From the NCBI GenBank assembly GCA_031962025.1, contig JAVRKW010000001.1: a stretch of DNA of 64,000 nt, one strand, 5' to 3'. Position numbers and translations under genes: made by a program. The notes beneath the pieces were generated by a model. The model had not been told where the DNA came from and did no database searches. It worked only from the letters and a program-made list of their open reading frames with translations. This DNA is from Pseudothermotoga sp. (GTDB lineage Bacteria; Thermotogota; Thermotogae; Thermotogales; DSM-5069). This document shows positions 32,058 through 40,983 of this stretch, piece by piece (position 1 is the first letter of the stretch; each line of letters begins with the position of its first letter).

Positions 32058-32543
32058 ATGAAAAAAGCCTTCACCCTCTTAGAAATGCTAATCGTCCTTG
32101 CCATTTTTTCAAGCTTTCTTGTCATACTCACACTTGTTCTCAATAATTACCTGGTCAAATCACAGAAAAACATTGCTCTGCTTGATTCACTCAGAAGATT
32201 GACCGAGACAGCCGATAGGGTCAACGAATACCTGATAAAAGCTTCAGGACCATCTAATTCTGTGAAGATAGAATCAGCTACAAAAGTCACTTTTGATATA
32301 ATCATTTCTGGACAAAAAATAAACGCTGCGATAGAAATAGTAGATGATACCAAATTCAACTACCGCGAGAATGATCAGGTTCAAACGGTTCCAGTTGAAA
32401 ATGTGACTATAAGATTTTCAAAATCAAACCAGTCAACCGAGATCGATCTTCCACTGAAACTCACTGTGAGTGCTCCAAATCCATTTGATACAAATTCGAT
32501 CCTGAGTCTGGAATTTAATGTTTATCCACCCGGTGTGAGGTGA
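32058..32543 (+). CDS. Prepilin-type N-terminal cleavage/methylation protein (minor pilin or pseudopilin)
   Basis: MKKA|FTLLEMLIVL class III signal with Glu at +5. Confidence 0.8.
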   Translation: MKKAFTLLEMLIVLAIFSSFLVILTLVLNNYLVKSQKNIALLDSLRRLTETADRVNEYLIKASGPSNSVKIESATKVTFDIIISGQKINAAIEIVDDTKFNYRENDQVQTVPVENVTIRFSKSNQSTEIDLPLKLTVSAPNPFDTNSILSLEFNVYPPGVR

Positions 32544-32547
32544 GCGT

Positions 32548-34509
32548 ATGACGGCAAAAAATGGATATATAATAGTGATCAGTATACTGCTTGTTGCCGT
32601 ATGCGCAATAATTTCAGTTGCAATTTTTACACAAATAGAAGCTACTATCAGAAAAGTTTCACTTACCGTACAGAGACTGCAAGAAAAATCAGACGCAATA
32701 AAGGTCATAGCAACTGCTGGTGCTTACCTGAGAAGCAAATACAGCGTAGCCAATGGATTTTATCTTGCAGATCACCTGACAGTCCCGTCTGATTTTGGAG
32801 AAGTAAAAAATGTAATCATCAACAGCTCTGGACCGGTTGAAAAAACTGTATGGCAAGATTTTTTCACCGGTGGTTCTATAAGTGATGTGCAATTTTCAAC
32901 ACTCAAAAATCTTTTACAACTTGCAAGCGGAAGTGACTCACCTTTAAAAAAAGCTTTGATCGACAGTAAGGCAAAAAAACTGATACAGGCAGACCTTTCA
33001 AAGATACGCGTTTATGCCTTCTCGCAGTCTAATGACCGATCCTGGCTTGTTTTATTATGCACAAATATTGGTACTTCATGGGCATGGGCGCTTGTTGGTC
33101 CTGAAGGTTTCTTCAATTACGCTGTTTTTCTGCCCAATGGCATACCATCGATGACGTATTATGGCGACGGTGAAGTTATAGATGGTCCGAGCTGGTTTGG
33201 AGTAGATGACAGAGGCACTGGTGGTTTGGGAATAGGAGGTTCCATTGGACCGAGATTCTATGGAAAGTCTTTTTACAGAATCCTTCGTGATTATTTGATC
33301 GGACCAGCAAAACAAAGTGATGTTTTCCTTGGTGGTCGAGTGACTCTCAGCGATAACGATGTAGCTGCTTTCAAGTCAGCTTATCAGGGAAAAGTGTACT
33401 GGGAGGCACAGCTTTCGAGTTTTGAAAAAGTGGACATCGTTGATCTTGCAAAGGGAAATGCCAATATCCCACAGAACCCTGCAGGACTTATCTTAACCTA
33501 TTCCAAACTTCCTAATACGAATAAGGATGATTTGATAATCAATTCATCGATATCAAAAATGAATGGAAATGATGTACAGATAATAGAATTCTCTGGACCA
33601 GATGGGTATTTCAAGAAAGACGGTAGATCGTATCAGGTTGAACTCATCATTCCATTCCCTGGTCCACCAAATGTACCGATCAGTGTTGTTGCCACCGAAA
33701 CTGAATCTGGAAAGAGATACACTTCATCCCTGCCATCTTTCAATGGTTTTTTGGGTCTTTTGTGCGAAACAACCAATTCTTCCATCGGAATAGGTAAAAA
33801 AGACAGTTGGAACAAGAATATCTTCATGGGAGACTGGACGATACTTGTGATGGGAAACAAAGGCAGACAGGAGGAACAAACTCCATGGGACACAGTTAAA
33901 ATCTACACAGACATAGAATACTACAGCGCCAGAGATGACTCGACGATGATTGTTGAGTATCAGGGGAAAAGCTACGAAGTTTTCATGAACCCATTCTTTG
34001 CCGATAAAACTCCTATCCCCAACAACAGGGATGTTAAGGGCAGACTCAAACTTGTGGATGGGAGCCAGACGCTCGAACTGATTGATGGGAAAACCTTTTG
34101 GGATGCATGGTACAAAAAGCTCGCACAGGTTGGAAGCAAAGATCACATAAATTTGATAACAACCGGCGATATAATTGTACCATGGCACGATGGTTACAAG
34201 ACTGGCTCTGGCATCAGGAATCTTCGTATGGACATGAGCATCTTCACCATGTATTGGGACAGAAATAAAAAACCAGGTCAAGGTAATCAGGTGCTGGTTC
34301 CAACCTTTAAGGTTGACTACAGCAAATTTCAGGGTTTAAGCTACAGAGTTGTCTTCGGTTCAATTGCGTCAGAAGCCGTTACTGCAACATGGAGCGGTAG
34401 CAAAGGTTTGAAGGAATTCAACATCTTTGATAATCGGCTTTATTCAGCAAAAAGAGGTTTTTCTCCAATGACCGGTGCTATCTTGCTTGAAGGGTTGCGA
34501 CTCAGATGA
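32548..34509 (+). CDS. Large PilX/GspK-like pilin-associated protein
   Basis: KNG|YIIVISILLV pilin-like helix without Glu5, followed by about 600 aa of unknown domain; lies between two prepilins. Confidence 0.6.
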   Translation: MTAKNGYIIVISILLVAVCAIISVAIFTQIEATIRKVSLTVQRLQEKSDAIKVIATAGAYLRSKYSVANGFYLADHLTVPSDFGEVKNVIINSSGPVEKTVWQDFFTGGSISDVQFSTLKNLLQLASGSDSPLKKALIDSKAKKLIQADLSKIRVYAFSQSNDRSWLVLLCTNIGTSWAWALVGPEGFFNYAVFLPNGIPSMTYYGDGEVIDGPSWFGVDDRGTGGLGIGGSIGPRFYGKSFYRILRDYLIGPAKQSDVFLGGRVTLSDNDVAAFKSAYQGKVYWEAQLSSFEKVDIVDLAKGNANIPQNPAGLILTYSKLPNTNKDDLIINSSISKMNGNDVQIIEFSGPDGYFKKDGRSYQVELIIPFPGPPNVPISVVATETESGKRYTSSLPSFNGFLGLLCETTNSSIGIGKKDSWNKNIFMGDWTILVMGNKGRQEEQTPWDTVKIYTDIEYYSARDDSTMIVEYQGKSYEVFMNPFFADKTPIPNNRDVKGRLKLVDGSQTLELIDGKTFWDAWYKKLAQVGSKDHINLITTGDIIVPWHDGYKTGSGIRNLRMDMSIFTMYWDRNKKPGQGNQVLVPTFKVDYSKFQGLSYRVVFGSIASEAVTATWSGSKGLKEFNIFDNRLYSAKRGFSPMTGAILLEGLRLR

Positions 34510-34817
34510 GAGGATATTCTCTAATTGAGTTGATCATTGGTATAACTATCATTTCCGTGGCTTTACTTGTTTTGATTCTATCGGCAGATCAGGTCATAAG
34601 AAGCTTCTCAAAATCGAACGAAATTCTCGCAAATACAGCGACATTTTTCAACCAGACGACTTCGAACTTTGCAGGACAGGTTTCCAGCACTTTTGTGAAC
34701 ACTCTTGACAAAGTTCTCAATTATCAGCTTGCTGGTGCCTATGCGTTTTTCGATTCAATTGAAGTGAGATCAGTTTTTCAAGGTTATGTCTACGCGCTGA
34801 AAGACCCAAGATTCTAA
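34506..34817 (+). CDS. Prepilin-type protein (PilV/GspI-like)
   Basis: MRG|YSLIELIIG class III signal. Confidence 0.75.
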   Translation: MRGYSLIELIIGITIISVALLVLILSADQVIRSFSKSNEILANTATFFNQTTSNFAGQVSSTFVNTLDKVLNYQLAGAYAFFDSIEVRSVFQGYVYALKDPRF

Positions 34818-35785
34818 ATCTGCCCGACTTCTTTGAGAAAACTCAGTAAAAATCCGCGAGCCAGAGCTGAAAACCTTGAGATGATATTCACTGTAGTTTG
34901 CTTTAATGGCTGAAGTTCATCTTTACGAGCAGCGTAATCAGAGATCGTCAGTACACGCTCATTGAGAAGATCTCCATAGACCGCTTTCAGTTGTCTGTCG
35001 ACATTATCTATATTACTCAAGCCAAGCCAGCGAACTTTTTGTATCAGCTGGCGCAGATATCTGCTGTTTTCAGGCTGGGCTTTTTTTATGGCATCTACAA
35101 TGTCCTGATCGTATTCATACAGCAGATAAGCCAGATATTCATCATAGGAATAGTGTGAATTTGAAAGAAATTGAGCGGTCTGCTTATCGAAAAACGCTCT
35201 TAAAGTGTCAAAGAAGGTACCTGGAGTGTTATGGTATGGCATTGATAAATCTTCAAGATAATGAAGTGCCCTTGCTAAAAAACGGTATCCCCAGTATTCA
35301 TCGCCTTTTTTGAATGCCTGTCGGGACATGTCGACAAAATAATAAAAACTCTGACTGCCTTCGAAAAATTCAAAAATCGCCAAGTTGTACTTCATGTGTC
35401 TGACACCCTGGCTATTCCCAATGATGTTCTGTAAAGGTGAAAGCTGTAATCCTTCATCCATACCCAAATCAGGCTCAACTGAATACACCATCATTATCTG
35501 CCACACTGGAACCTTTCCATCAACCGGTTTTGGATCAGGAGGAAGATAGCAGGTATCTCTCAAAGTGCAGGATTTGATGAACTCTCCGCAGTAATCATCA
35601 AGTCTGAGGTATTCCATGTTGTAAATTCTTTTTTCACTATAATCGTACTTTGTTATTTGAATTAATTTCTCACTGTTTGGAAGAAAATCTTTGACTAAAA
35701 GGTAAGTGAGTACTTCATGAGCAGACCAGCCAAAAGTCATTACCCAACACAAACTGATTAACACTGCACAGAAGAATTTTTTCAT
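34814..35785 (-). CDS. Exported zinc-dependent phospholipase C / P1-nuclease superfamily protein
   Basis: Signal peptide followed by WSAH; ALHYLEDLSMPYH; HYSYD. Confidence 0.75.
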   Translation of the reverse strand: MKKFFCAVLISLCWVMTFGWSAHEVLTYLLVKDFLPNSEKLIQITKYDYSEKRIYNMEYLRLDDYCGEFIKSCTLRDTCYLPPDPKPVDGKVPVWQIMMVYSVEPDLGMDEGLQLSPLQNIIGNSQGVRHMKYNLAIFEFFEGSQSFYYFVDMSRQAFKKGDEYWGYRFLARALHYLEDLSMPYHNTPGTFFDTLRAFFDKQTAQFLSNSHYSYDEYLAYLLYEYDQDIVDAIKKAQPENSRYLRQLIQKVRWLGLSNIDNVDRQLKAVYGDLLNERVLTISDYAARKDELQPLKQTTVNIISRFSALARGFLLSFLKEVGQI

Positions 35786-35991
35786 ATCAACACCCCCTTT
35801 TCATTTTAGCATAGAAAGTGGCATACACGAGCATAAGAGAGCATACATAAGAAAGAGAGAGAATAAGAACAATAGAGAAGATTTGCCAAAGATTGCCAAC
35901 CATAGTCAAAGATTACCAGATTTTGCTTGAATGCAGCTCTGATGGTAATATTATACAGGAAAGTAACATAATATTACAGAGGAGGGTTAAA

Positions 35992-37227
35992 ATGACTGGT
36001 TCATATTTTATGGAACTCGAGGACAGGTACGGTGCCCACAATTACAAACCTATCCCGGTTGTTATTGAAAAAGGAGAAGGAGTCTGGGTATGGGACGTAG
36101 ATGGAAACAAATACCTTGACATGCTTTCAGCTTACTCTGCTCTCAACCACGGACATCGCCACCCGAAAATTATCAAGGCGATGACAGATCAGCTAAGCAA
36201 GCTAACTCTTACTTCAAGGGCTTTTTACAACAACTTGCTTGGTCGGTTCGAAGAAAGACTCGCCACCTTTGCAGGTTACGATAAGGTACTTTTCATGAAC
36301 ACAGGGGCTGAGGCTGTTGAAAGCGCTTTGAAAATAGCACGTAAATGGGCTTACTACAAACACGGCATACCAATGAATAATGGAGATATCATAACTGTTG
36401 AAGGGAACTTCCACGGAAGAACTATAACCATAATTTCTTTTTCAACAGAGCACCAGTACCGGGATGGTTTTGGACCATATACCCCTGGTTTCAAAATAGC
36501 TCCATTTGGTGACGCAAAATCACTTGAGGCTTTGATCGACGAGCGTACCATAGGAATACTGATAGAACCCATTCAAGGAGAAGGTGGTGTGCGAGTACCC
36601 AAGGAAGGTTATCTGAGAGAACTCAGGGAAATTTCCAGAAAACACAAAGTACTTTTGATGTTTGACGAAATTCAAACAGGGCTTGGCAGAACGGGAAAGA
36701 TCTTTGCCTGGCAATGGGAAGATGTTAAGCCAGACATTCTGATACTTGGTAAAGCTCTTGGTGGAGGCGTATATCCTGTTTCTGCTGTTCTGACAAGTGA
36801 TGATATAATGAGTGTTCTAAAGCCAGGAGATCACGGATCAACATTTGGTGGCAATCCACTCGCAGCGGCAGTCGGGATTGCTTCGATAGACGTTCTGGAA
36901 GAAGAAAAACTGGATGTCAGAGCAAAAGAACTTGGCGATTATTTCATAAAACAACTCAGGTCAATTGAGAGTGAATACATAAAAGAAGTCCGTGGAAAAG
37001 GTCTTCTAATAGGTGTTGAGATCAAAGAAGAATATGGTACAGCCAGACCTTTCTGTGAGAAACTCGCAAAGCTTGGAATATTGTGTAAAGAAACGCATGA
37101 ACAGGTTATCAGGTTTGCTCCCCCACTTGTAATAAAGAAAGAAGAAATAGACTGGGCACTGGAGAGAATTTCAAAAGTTCTCACAGAACCAATTTCTACC
37201 AAAAATGTCTCAAGGAAAACTGTTTGA
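35992..37227 (+). CDS. rocD: Ornithine aminotransferase
   Basis: GAHNYKPIPVV, SAYSALNHGH, FHGRT, DEIQTGLGRTG and GKALGGG motifs; start ATG 35992 after GGAGG. Confidence 0.93.
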   Translation: MTGSYFMELEDRYGAHNYKPIPVVIEKGEGVWVWDVDGNKYLDMLSAYSALNHGHRHPKIIKAMTDQLSKLTLTSRAFYNNLLGRFEERLATFAGYDKVLFMNTGAEAVESALKIARKWAYYKHGIPMNNGDIITVEGNFHGRTITIISFSTEHQYRDGFGPYTPGFKIAPFGDAKSLEALIDERTIGILIEPIQGEGGVRVPKEGYLRELREISRKHKVLLMFDEIQTGLGRTGKIFAWQWEDVKPDILILGKALGGGVYPVSAVLTSDDIMSVLKPGDHGSTFGGNPLAAAVGIASIDVLEEEKLDVRAKELGDYFIKQLRSIESEYIKEVRGKGLLIGVEIKEEYGTARPFCEKLAKLGILCKETHEQVIRFAPPLVIKKEEIDWALERISKVLTEPISTKNVSRKTV

Positions 37228-37238
37228 GGATTTTCATT

Positions 37239-37272
37239 AAAACTGTGGGCAGTTCCTGCTGCCCACAGTTTT
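37239..37272. terminator. Bidirectional terminator between rocD and the IS element
   Basis: AAAACTGTGGGCAG-ttcctg-CTGCCCACAGTTTT. Confidence 0.85.
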
Positions 37273-37328
37273 TGGTACTACCTTTGAAACACAATCAGAT
37301 TTAGTACAATGGATATACAAAAATGAAG

Positions 37329-38633
37329 TTACCCACGACTGAAGTCGCGGGCTTCCTGCTTCATCGACCGGCTTGCTACTGGTAGATGGAGATTATCCAG
37401 CCCAGCAGTAGAGGTCCAGTCTCCACAGGCATTGCCATTACCGGCTCGGAGCCCACCACCCCTACTCTGTACATTTATAGCTATGCCTAAATGTGATAAC
37501 CCTTCTTTTAGTAAGTTTTTGGCTGCATTCTCATCTCTATCGTGTACCATACCACAAATTGGACATTGCCATACCCTTATCTTCAGGTCTTTCACCTGCC
37601 TGTTTTTGTACCCGCAATTGCTACAAATCTGCGACGATGGAAAACTCGATGAAACTTTCACAAATGTCCTGCCATACCAATTAGATTTGTACTCAAGCAT
37701 CTCTACAAACTTTGACCATGATACATCCAATATGTTCTTTGCAAAATTATGATTCCTGACAAGGTTCTTTGTCTTCAGGTCTTCACAGATTATCACTTGG
37801 TTTTCGTTAACAATCTGTGAAGACAATTTATGTAGATAATCTTTTCTAATATTTGCTACCTTTTCGTAAAGCTTTGCAAGTTTTATTCTTGTCTTCTCAA
37901 AGTTCTTGCTACCTTCCTTCTTCCTTGAAAGCTCTTTCTGAAGTTTCTTTATTCTTTTTTCATACTTTGCAAGTATCTTGGGGTTTTCTATATGTCTGCT
38001 ATTGCTGTCTACCAAGAACTCTTTAACCCCAAGATCAAAAGCAATAGCAAAATTTGTAGGTGTTTTTGGCATATTATGATTGTCAACCGCATCCTTTTCT
38101 ACTGCTATTGACACATAAAAGTGTCCACTTGGTAGCATTTTTACTGTTGCTGTTTTGATTTTGCCTTCAAAAACTCTGTGGATTCTTGCTTTTACCCAGC
38201 CAAGTTTGGGTAGTTTTACTCTCCCCCAGCAACGTTTTTTATTAGGGTCTGTCGTTAGCTTACCAAAATCTACTTCTATGTTGCCATTTGTATAGCTTGT
38301 TGTGTATGAAAAATATTTGCTTTTCTTTCTCTTAAACTTTGGGTATTTTGCCTGCTTGTTAAAAAATTTCTCGAATGCCTCTACAAGTCTTTTGATTTGA
38401 TTCTCAAGCGCAAACTTGTCTGGTTCTTTCAACCATGGATACTCTTTTTTGAGATGTTTTTGCAGGTGTTCTATCCACTCATAAACATTAGGTGATGCCT
38501 TCTGGGTTTTATAAATCTCATTCTGGCGTGCTAAAAAATAATTCCATACAAATCTGACACAACCAAAAGTCTTCTTTAACTTTATCTCTTGCTCATCTGT
38601 GGGGTATATTCTATACCTGTATGTGACTATCAT
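37329..38633 (-). CDS. tnpB: RNA-guided endonuclease TnpB
   Basis: HTH (YRYRIYPT..Q...FGCVRFVWN); RuvC D (AFDLG), E (ICEDL) and D (DRDENAA); Zn finger CSNC/CPIC. Confidence 0.95.
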   Translation of the reverse strand: MIVTYRYRIYPTDEQEIKLKKTFGCVRFVWNYFLARQNEIYKTQKASPNVYEWIEHLQKHLKKEYPWLKEPDKFALENQIKRLVEAFEKFFNKQAKYPKFKRKKSKYFSYTTSYTNGNIEVDFGKLTTDPNKKRCWGRVKLPKLGWVKARIHRVFEGKIKTATVKMLPSGHFYVSIAVEKDAVDNHNMPKTPTNFAIAFDLGVKEFLVDSNSRHIENPKILAKYEKRIKKLQKELSRKKEGSKNFEKTRIKLAKLYEKVANIRKDYLHKLSSQIVNENQVIICEDLKTKNLVRNHNFAKNILDVSWSKFVEMLEYKSNWYGRTFVKVSSSFPSSQICSNCGYKNRQVKDLKIRVWQCPICGMVHDRDENAAKNLLKEGLSHLGIAINVQSRGGGLRAGNGNACGDWTSTAGLDNLHLPVASRSMKQEARDFSRG

Positions 38634-38638
38634 GTACC

Positions 38639-38773
38639 TTACTTCCCCTTCTGAGAATTGATATACTCTCTTATTTGTTCCTCGTACAATATTTTATGTC
38701 TGTACTTTACACATCAAACTATGTGATACTGAAGTGAATATACGTATCCTCTTCCATGATGAACAGTTGCCAT
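38639..38773 (-). pseudogene. tnpA: IS200-type Y1 transposase remnant (internal deletion plus nonsense codon)
   Basis: Translates as MATVHHGRGYVYSLQYHIV*CVKYRHKIL joined to YEEQIREYINSQKGK*; TGA at 38714-38716 replaces the conserved Trp. Confidence 0.88.
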
Positions 38774-39019
38774 TTTATCTCATTTCCTCTGTATATATTT
38801 ATAACATATGCAGATGAGGTAAACAACTATTTACTGTTATTCTCTCTGTGATTACTTTTACATAATGACGCCTTTACTCATGTCTGAAGACAGGAATAAA
38901 AGCGTTTTTCCATCAAATTTTTTGCAGTGAATTGGATTAAACCTTAGATTGAGATTGTATTGAGCAAAAAATTAACTGCTGTTAGTGATCAAATTTTGCC
39001 CAAATGTACTTTCTGTTTT

Positions 39020-39994
39020 TCATTGATGAACAGATTTATGGTACAGAAAACAGGCAACAGAATGATCTTTTTTGATCTCTATCAAAGCAGGACGTGCATC
39101 TTTGCATTCAGTCATTCTGAACTGACAGCGGTCGAAAAAAGGACACCCGGCTGGCAAATTGATCAGTGATGGGATTTCACTTACATCTATTGTCAACTTC
39201 ATTTTCTTTTCCGGATCCGGTATGGGTATGGAGTTGAACAACAGCTGTGTGTAAGGATGGAGCATATTACTGACTACTGAATCTGTTTTTCCCATTTCAA
39301 CTATCTGCCCAAGATACATGACTGCTATCCTGTCACTTAGAAATTTGATCACAGACAGATCGTGAGATATGAACATGTAAGTGAGATTCAACTCTTCTTT
39401 CAGTTTTTTGAGCAGGTTCATTATCTGAGCCTGGACAGAAACATCAAGTGCCGAGGTTGGTTCATCAAGTACGATGAATTTTGGCTTTGTTATTATGGCG
39501 CGGGCAATTGCTATCCTCTGCCTCTGCCCACCGGAAAACTCATGCGGAAATCTACCAACATGCTCGGATTTCAAGCCCACACTCTCCAGCGTATTCATGA
39601 TTAAAGATCTCTCCTGGGCTTTCGGGAGTTTCTGGTGAATTCTTATCGGTCGCGCGAGTATGTCATAGACGGTCATGCGTGGGTTCAGTGAGGAAAATGG
39701 ATCCTGAAAAACTATCTGCATGTTACGTCGAAATTGGCGGAATTCTTTTTCAGGTAGATCTGTTATGTTGATTCCATTGAAGATTATTTCACCACCATCT
39801 GGTTTCTGTAACCTTATCACAGTTCTACCGAGTGTTGTTTTACCGCATCCAGATTCACCAACAACACCAAGCGTTTCACCTTCATTCAAATCAAATGAAA
39901 CCTCATTCAGAGGCTTGATTAAAAAGTGTTTGCCAAAAAATCCTTTTTTTACTGAAAAGGTCTTTACCAGTTTTCTAACCTTCAGGATTTCCAA
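39020..39994 (-). CDS. oppF: Oligopeptide ABC transporter ATPase
   Basis: GESGCGKT, FSGGQRQR, DEPTSALD and C-terminal oligo-HPY Cys motif. Confidence 0.93.
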   Translation of the reverse strand: MEILKVRKLVKTFSVKKGFFGKHFLIKPLNEVSFDLNEGETLGVVGESGCGKTTLGRTVIRLQKPDGGEIIFNGINITDLPEKEFRQFRRNMQIVFQDPFSSLNPRMTVYDILARPIRIHQKLPKAQERSLIMNTLESVGLKSEHVGRFPHEFSGGQRQRIAIARAIITKPKFIVLDEPTSALDVSVQAQIMNLLKKLKEELNLTYMFISHDLSVIKFLSDRIAVMYLGQIVEMGKTDSVVSNMLHPYTQLLFNSIPIPDPEKKMKLTIDVSEIPSLINLPAGCPFFDRCQFRMTECKDARPALIEIKKDHSVACFLYHKSVHQ

Positions 39995-40983
39995 TTTTGG
40001 TCACCACCGCTGTACGGATTAAAGCAGGCAACTTTGTGATTTGAACCTGTAAGCTCTGGAACCTTGTTATCACACAGACCCTTTACGAACCTCTCACAGC
40101 GAGGGTGAAAACGACAGCCGCCTGGAGGATCTATCAGGTTCGGGACACTACCTTCGATCACTTTGAGCTGGCTTACCTTGCTATCAACAGGTGGTATAGC
40201 ACTCAGAAGCCCTCTTGTATATGGATGCAAAGGTCTTTGAAATATCTCTTTAACTTCGGCAAATTCGATAATATATCCGGCATACATGACCGCTACCTTA
40301 TCGCAAATCTGTGCCACAACACCGAAATTATGGGTGATGATCAGGACACTCAGTCCAAGTTCCTGATTCATTTTTCTCAACAGGCTCAAAATCTGAGCTT
40401 GGATGGTAACATCCAGTGCAGTAGTTGCCTCATCTGCAATCAACAACTTTGGATTGCATACCAATGCCATTGCGATCATTACTCTCTGTCTCATTCCACC
40501 AGATAACTGATGTGGATATTTGCTTAAAAGAGATTCAGGATCCTGCATTCTCACCAGTTTAAATGTCTCTATGGCTTTTGAGATAGCCTCCTGCTTGCTG
40601 ACATTTGTATGAGTCATGATCACATCGCAAATTTGTTCACCAATGGTAAATGTTGGGTTGAGCGAAGTCATCGGCTCCTGAAAGATCATTGATATCTTCT
40701 TGCCACGGATTTGAGTCATTTCCTGCTCTGATAATTTGTTAATCTCCTGACCATCGAACCAGATCTTCCCACCAAGATATCTCGCTGGCGGTGTAGGTAT
40801 TAACTTCAATATGCTCATAGCTGTGATTGATTTTCCACTGCCTGTTTCTCCAACGATACCGACGATTTCACCTTTGTTGACCGTTAAGTTGACATCCTCT
40901 ATGGCTTTTACGGTGCCTTCTTCGGTGTCGAAGTATAACCGAAGGTTCTCTATTTTCAGTAACTCTCCCATCTTTTGTGTCAC
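39982..40983 (-). CDS. oppD: Oligopeptide ABC transporter ATPase
   Basis: [20 protein letters not shown] and GCRFHPRC motifs. Confidence 0.93.
   Translation of the reverse strand: MTQKMGELLKIENLRLYFDTEEGTVKAIEDVNLTVNKGEIVGIVGETGSGKSITAMSILKLIPTPPARYLGGKIWFDGQEINKLSEQEMTQIRGKKISMIFQEPMTSLNPTFTIGEQICDVIMTHTNVSKQEAISKAIETFKLVRMQDPESLLSKYPHQLSGGMRQRVMIAMALVCNPKLLIADEATTALDVTIQAQILSLLRKMNQELGLSVLIITHNFGVVAQICDKVAVMYAGYIIEFAEVKEIFQRPLHPYTRGLLSAIPPVDSKVSQLKVIEGSVPNLIDPPGGCRFHPRCERFVKGLCDNKVPELTGSNHKVACFNPYSGGDQNWKS

Larger units (their letters stand above)
37323..38911 (-). mobile_element. IS200/IS605-family element, non-autonomous (defective tnpA plus tnpB)
   Basis: Left-end hairpin at about 38868-38905 preceded by TTGAT; right-end hairpin CCCGCGAC-TTCA-GTCGTGGG followed by TTCAT; contains tnpB and a tnpA remnant. 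Confidence 0.88.

Noticed and set aside
35809..35880. CRISPR-like or TRAP-type repeat array
   Set aside because: The repeats are only 5 bp with no spacer structure, and the GAG/TAG triplets are irregularly spaced.
37329..38633. TnpB as a nuclease-dead TldR repressor or as Cas12
   Set aside because: The RuvC D/E/D residues are intact, IS ends and a tnpA remnant are present, there is no CRISPR array, and no convincing guide target was found in the window.
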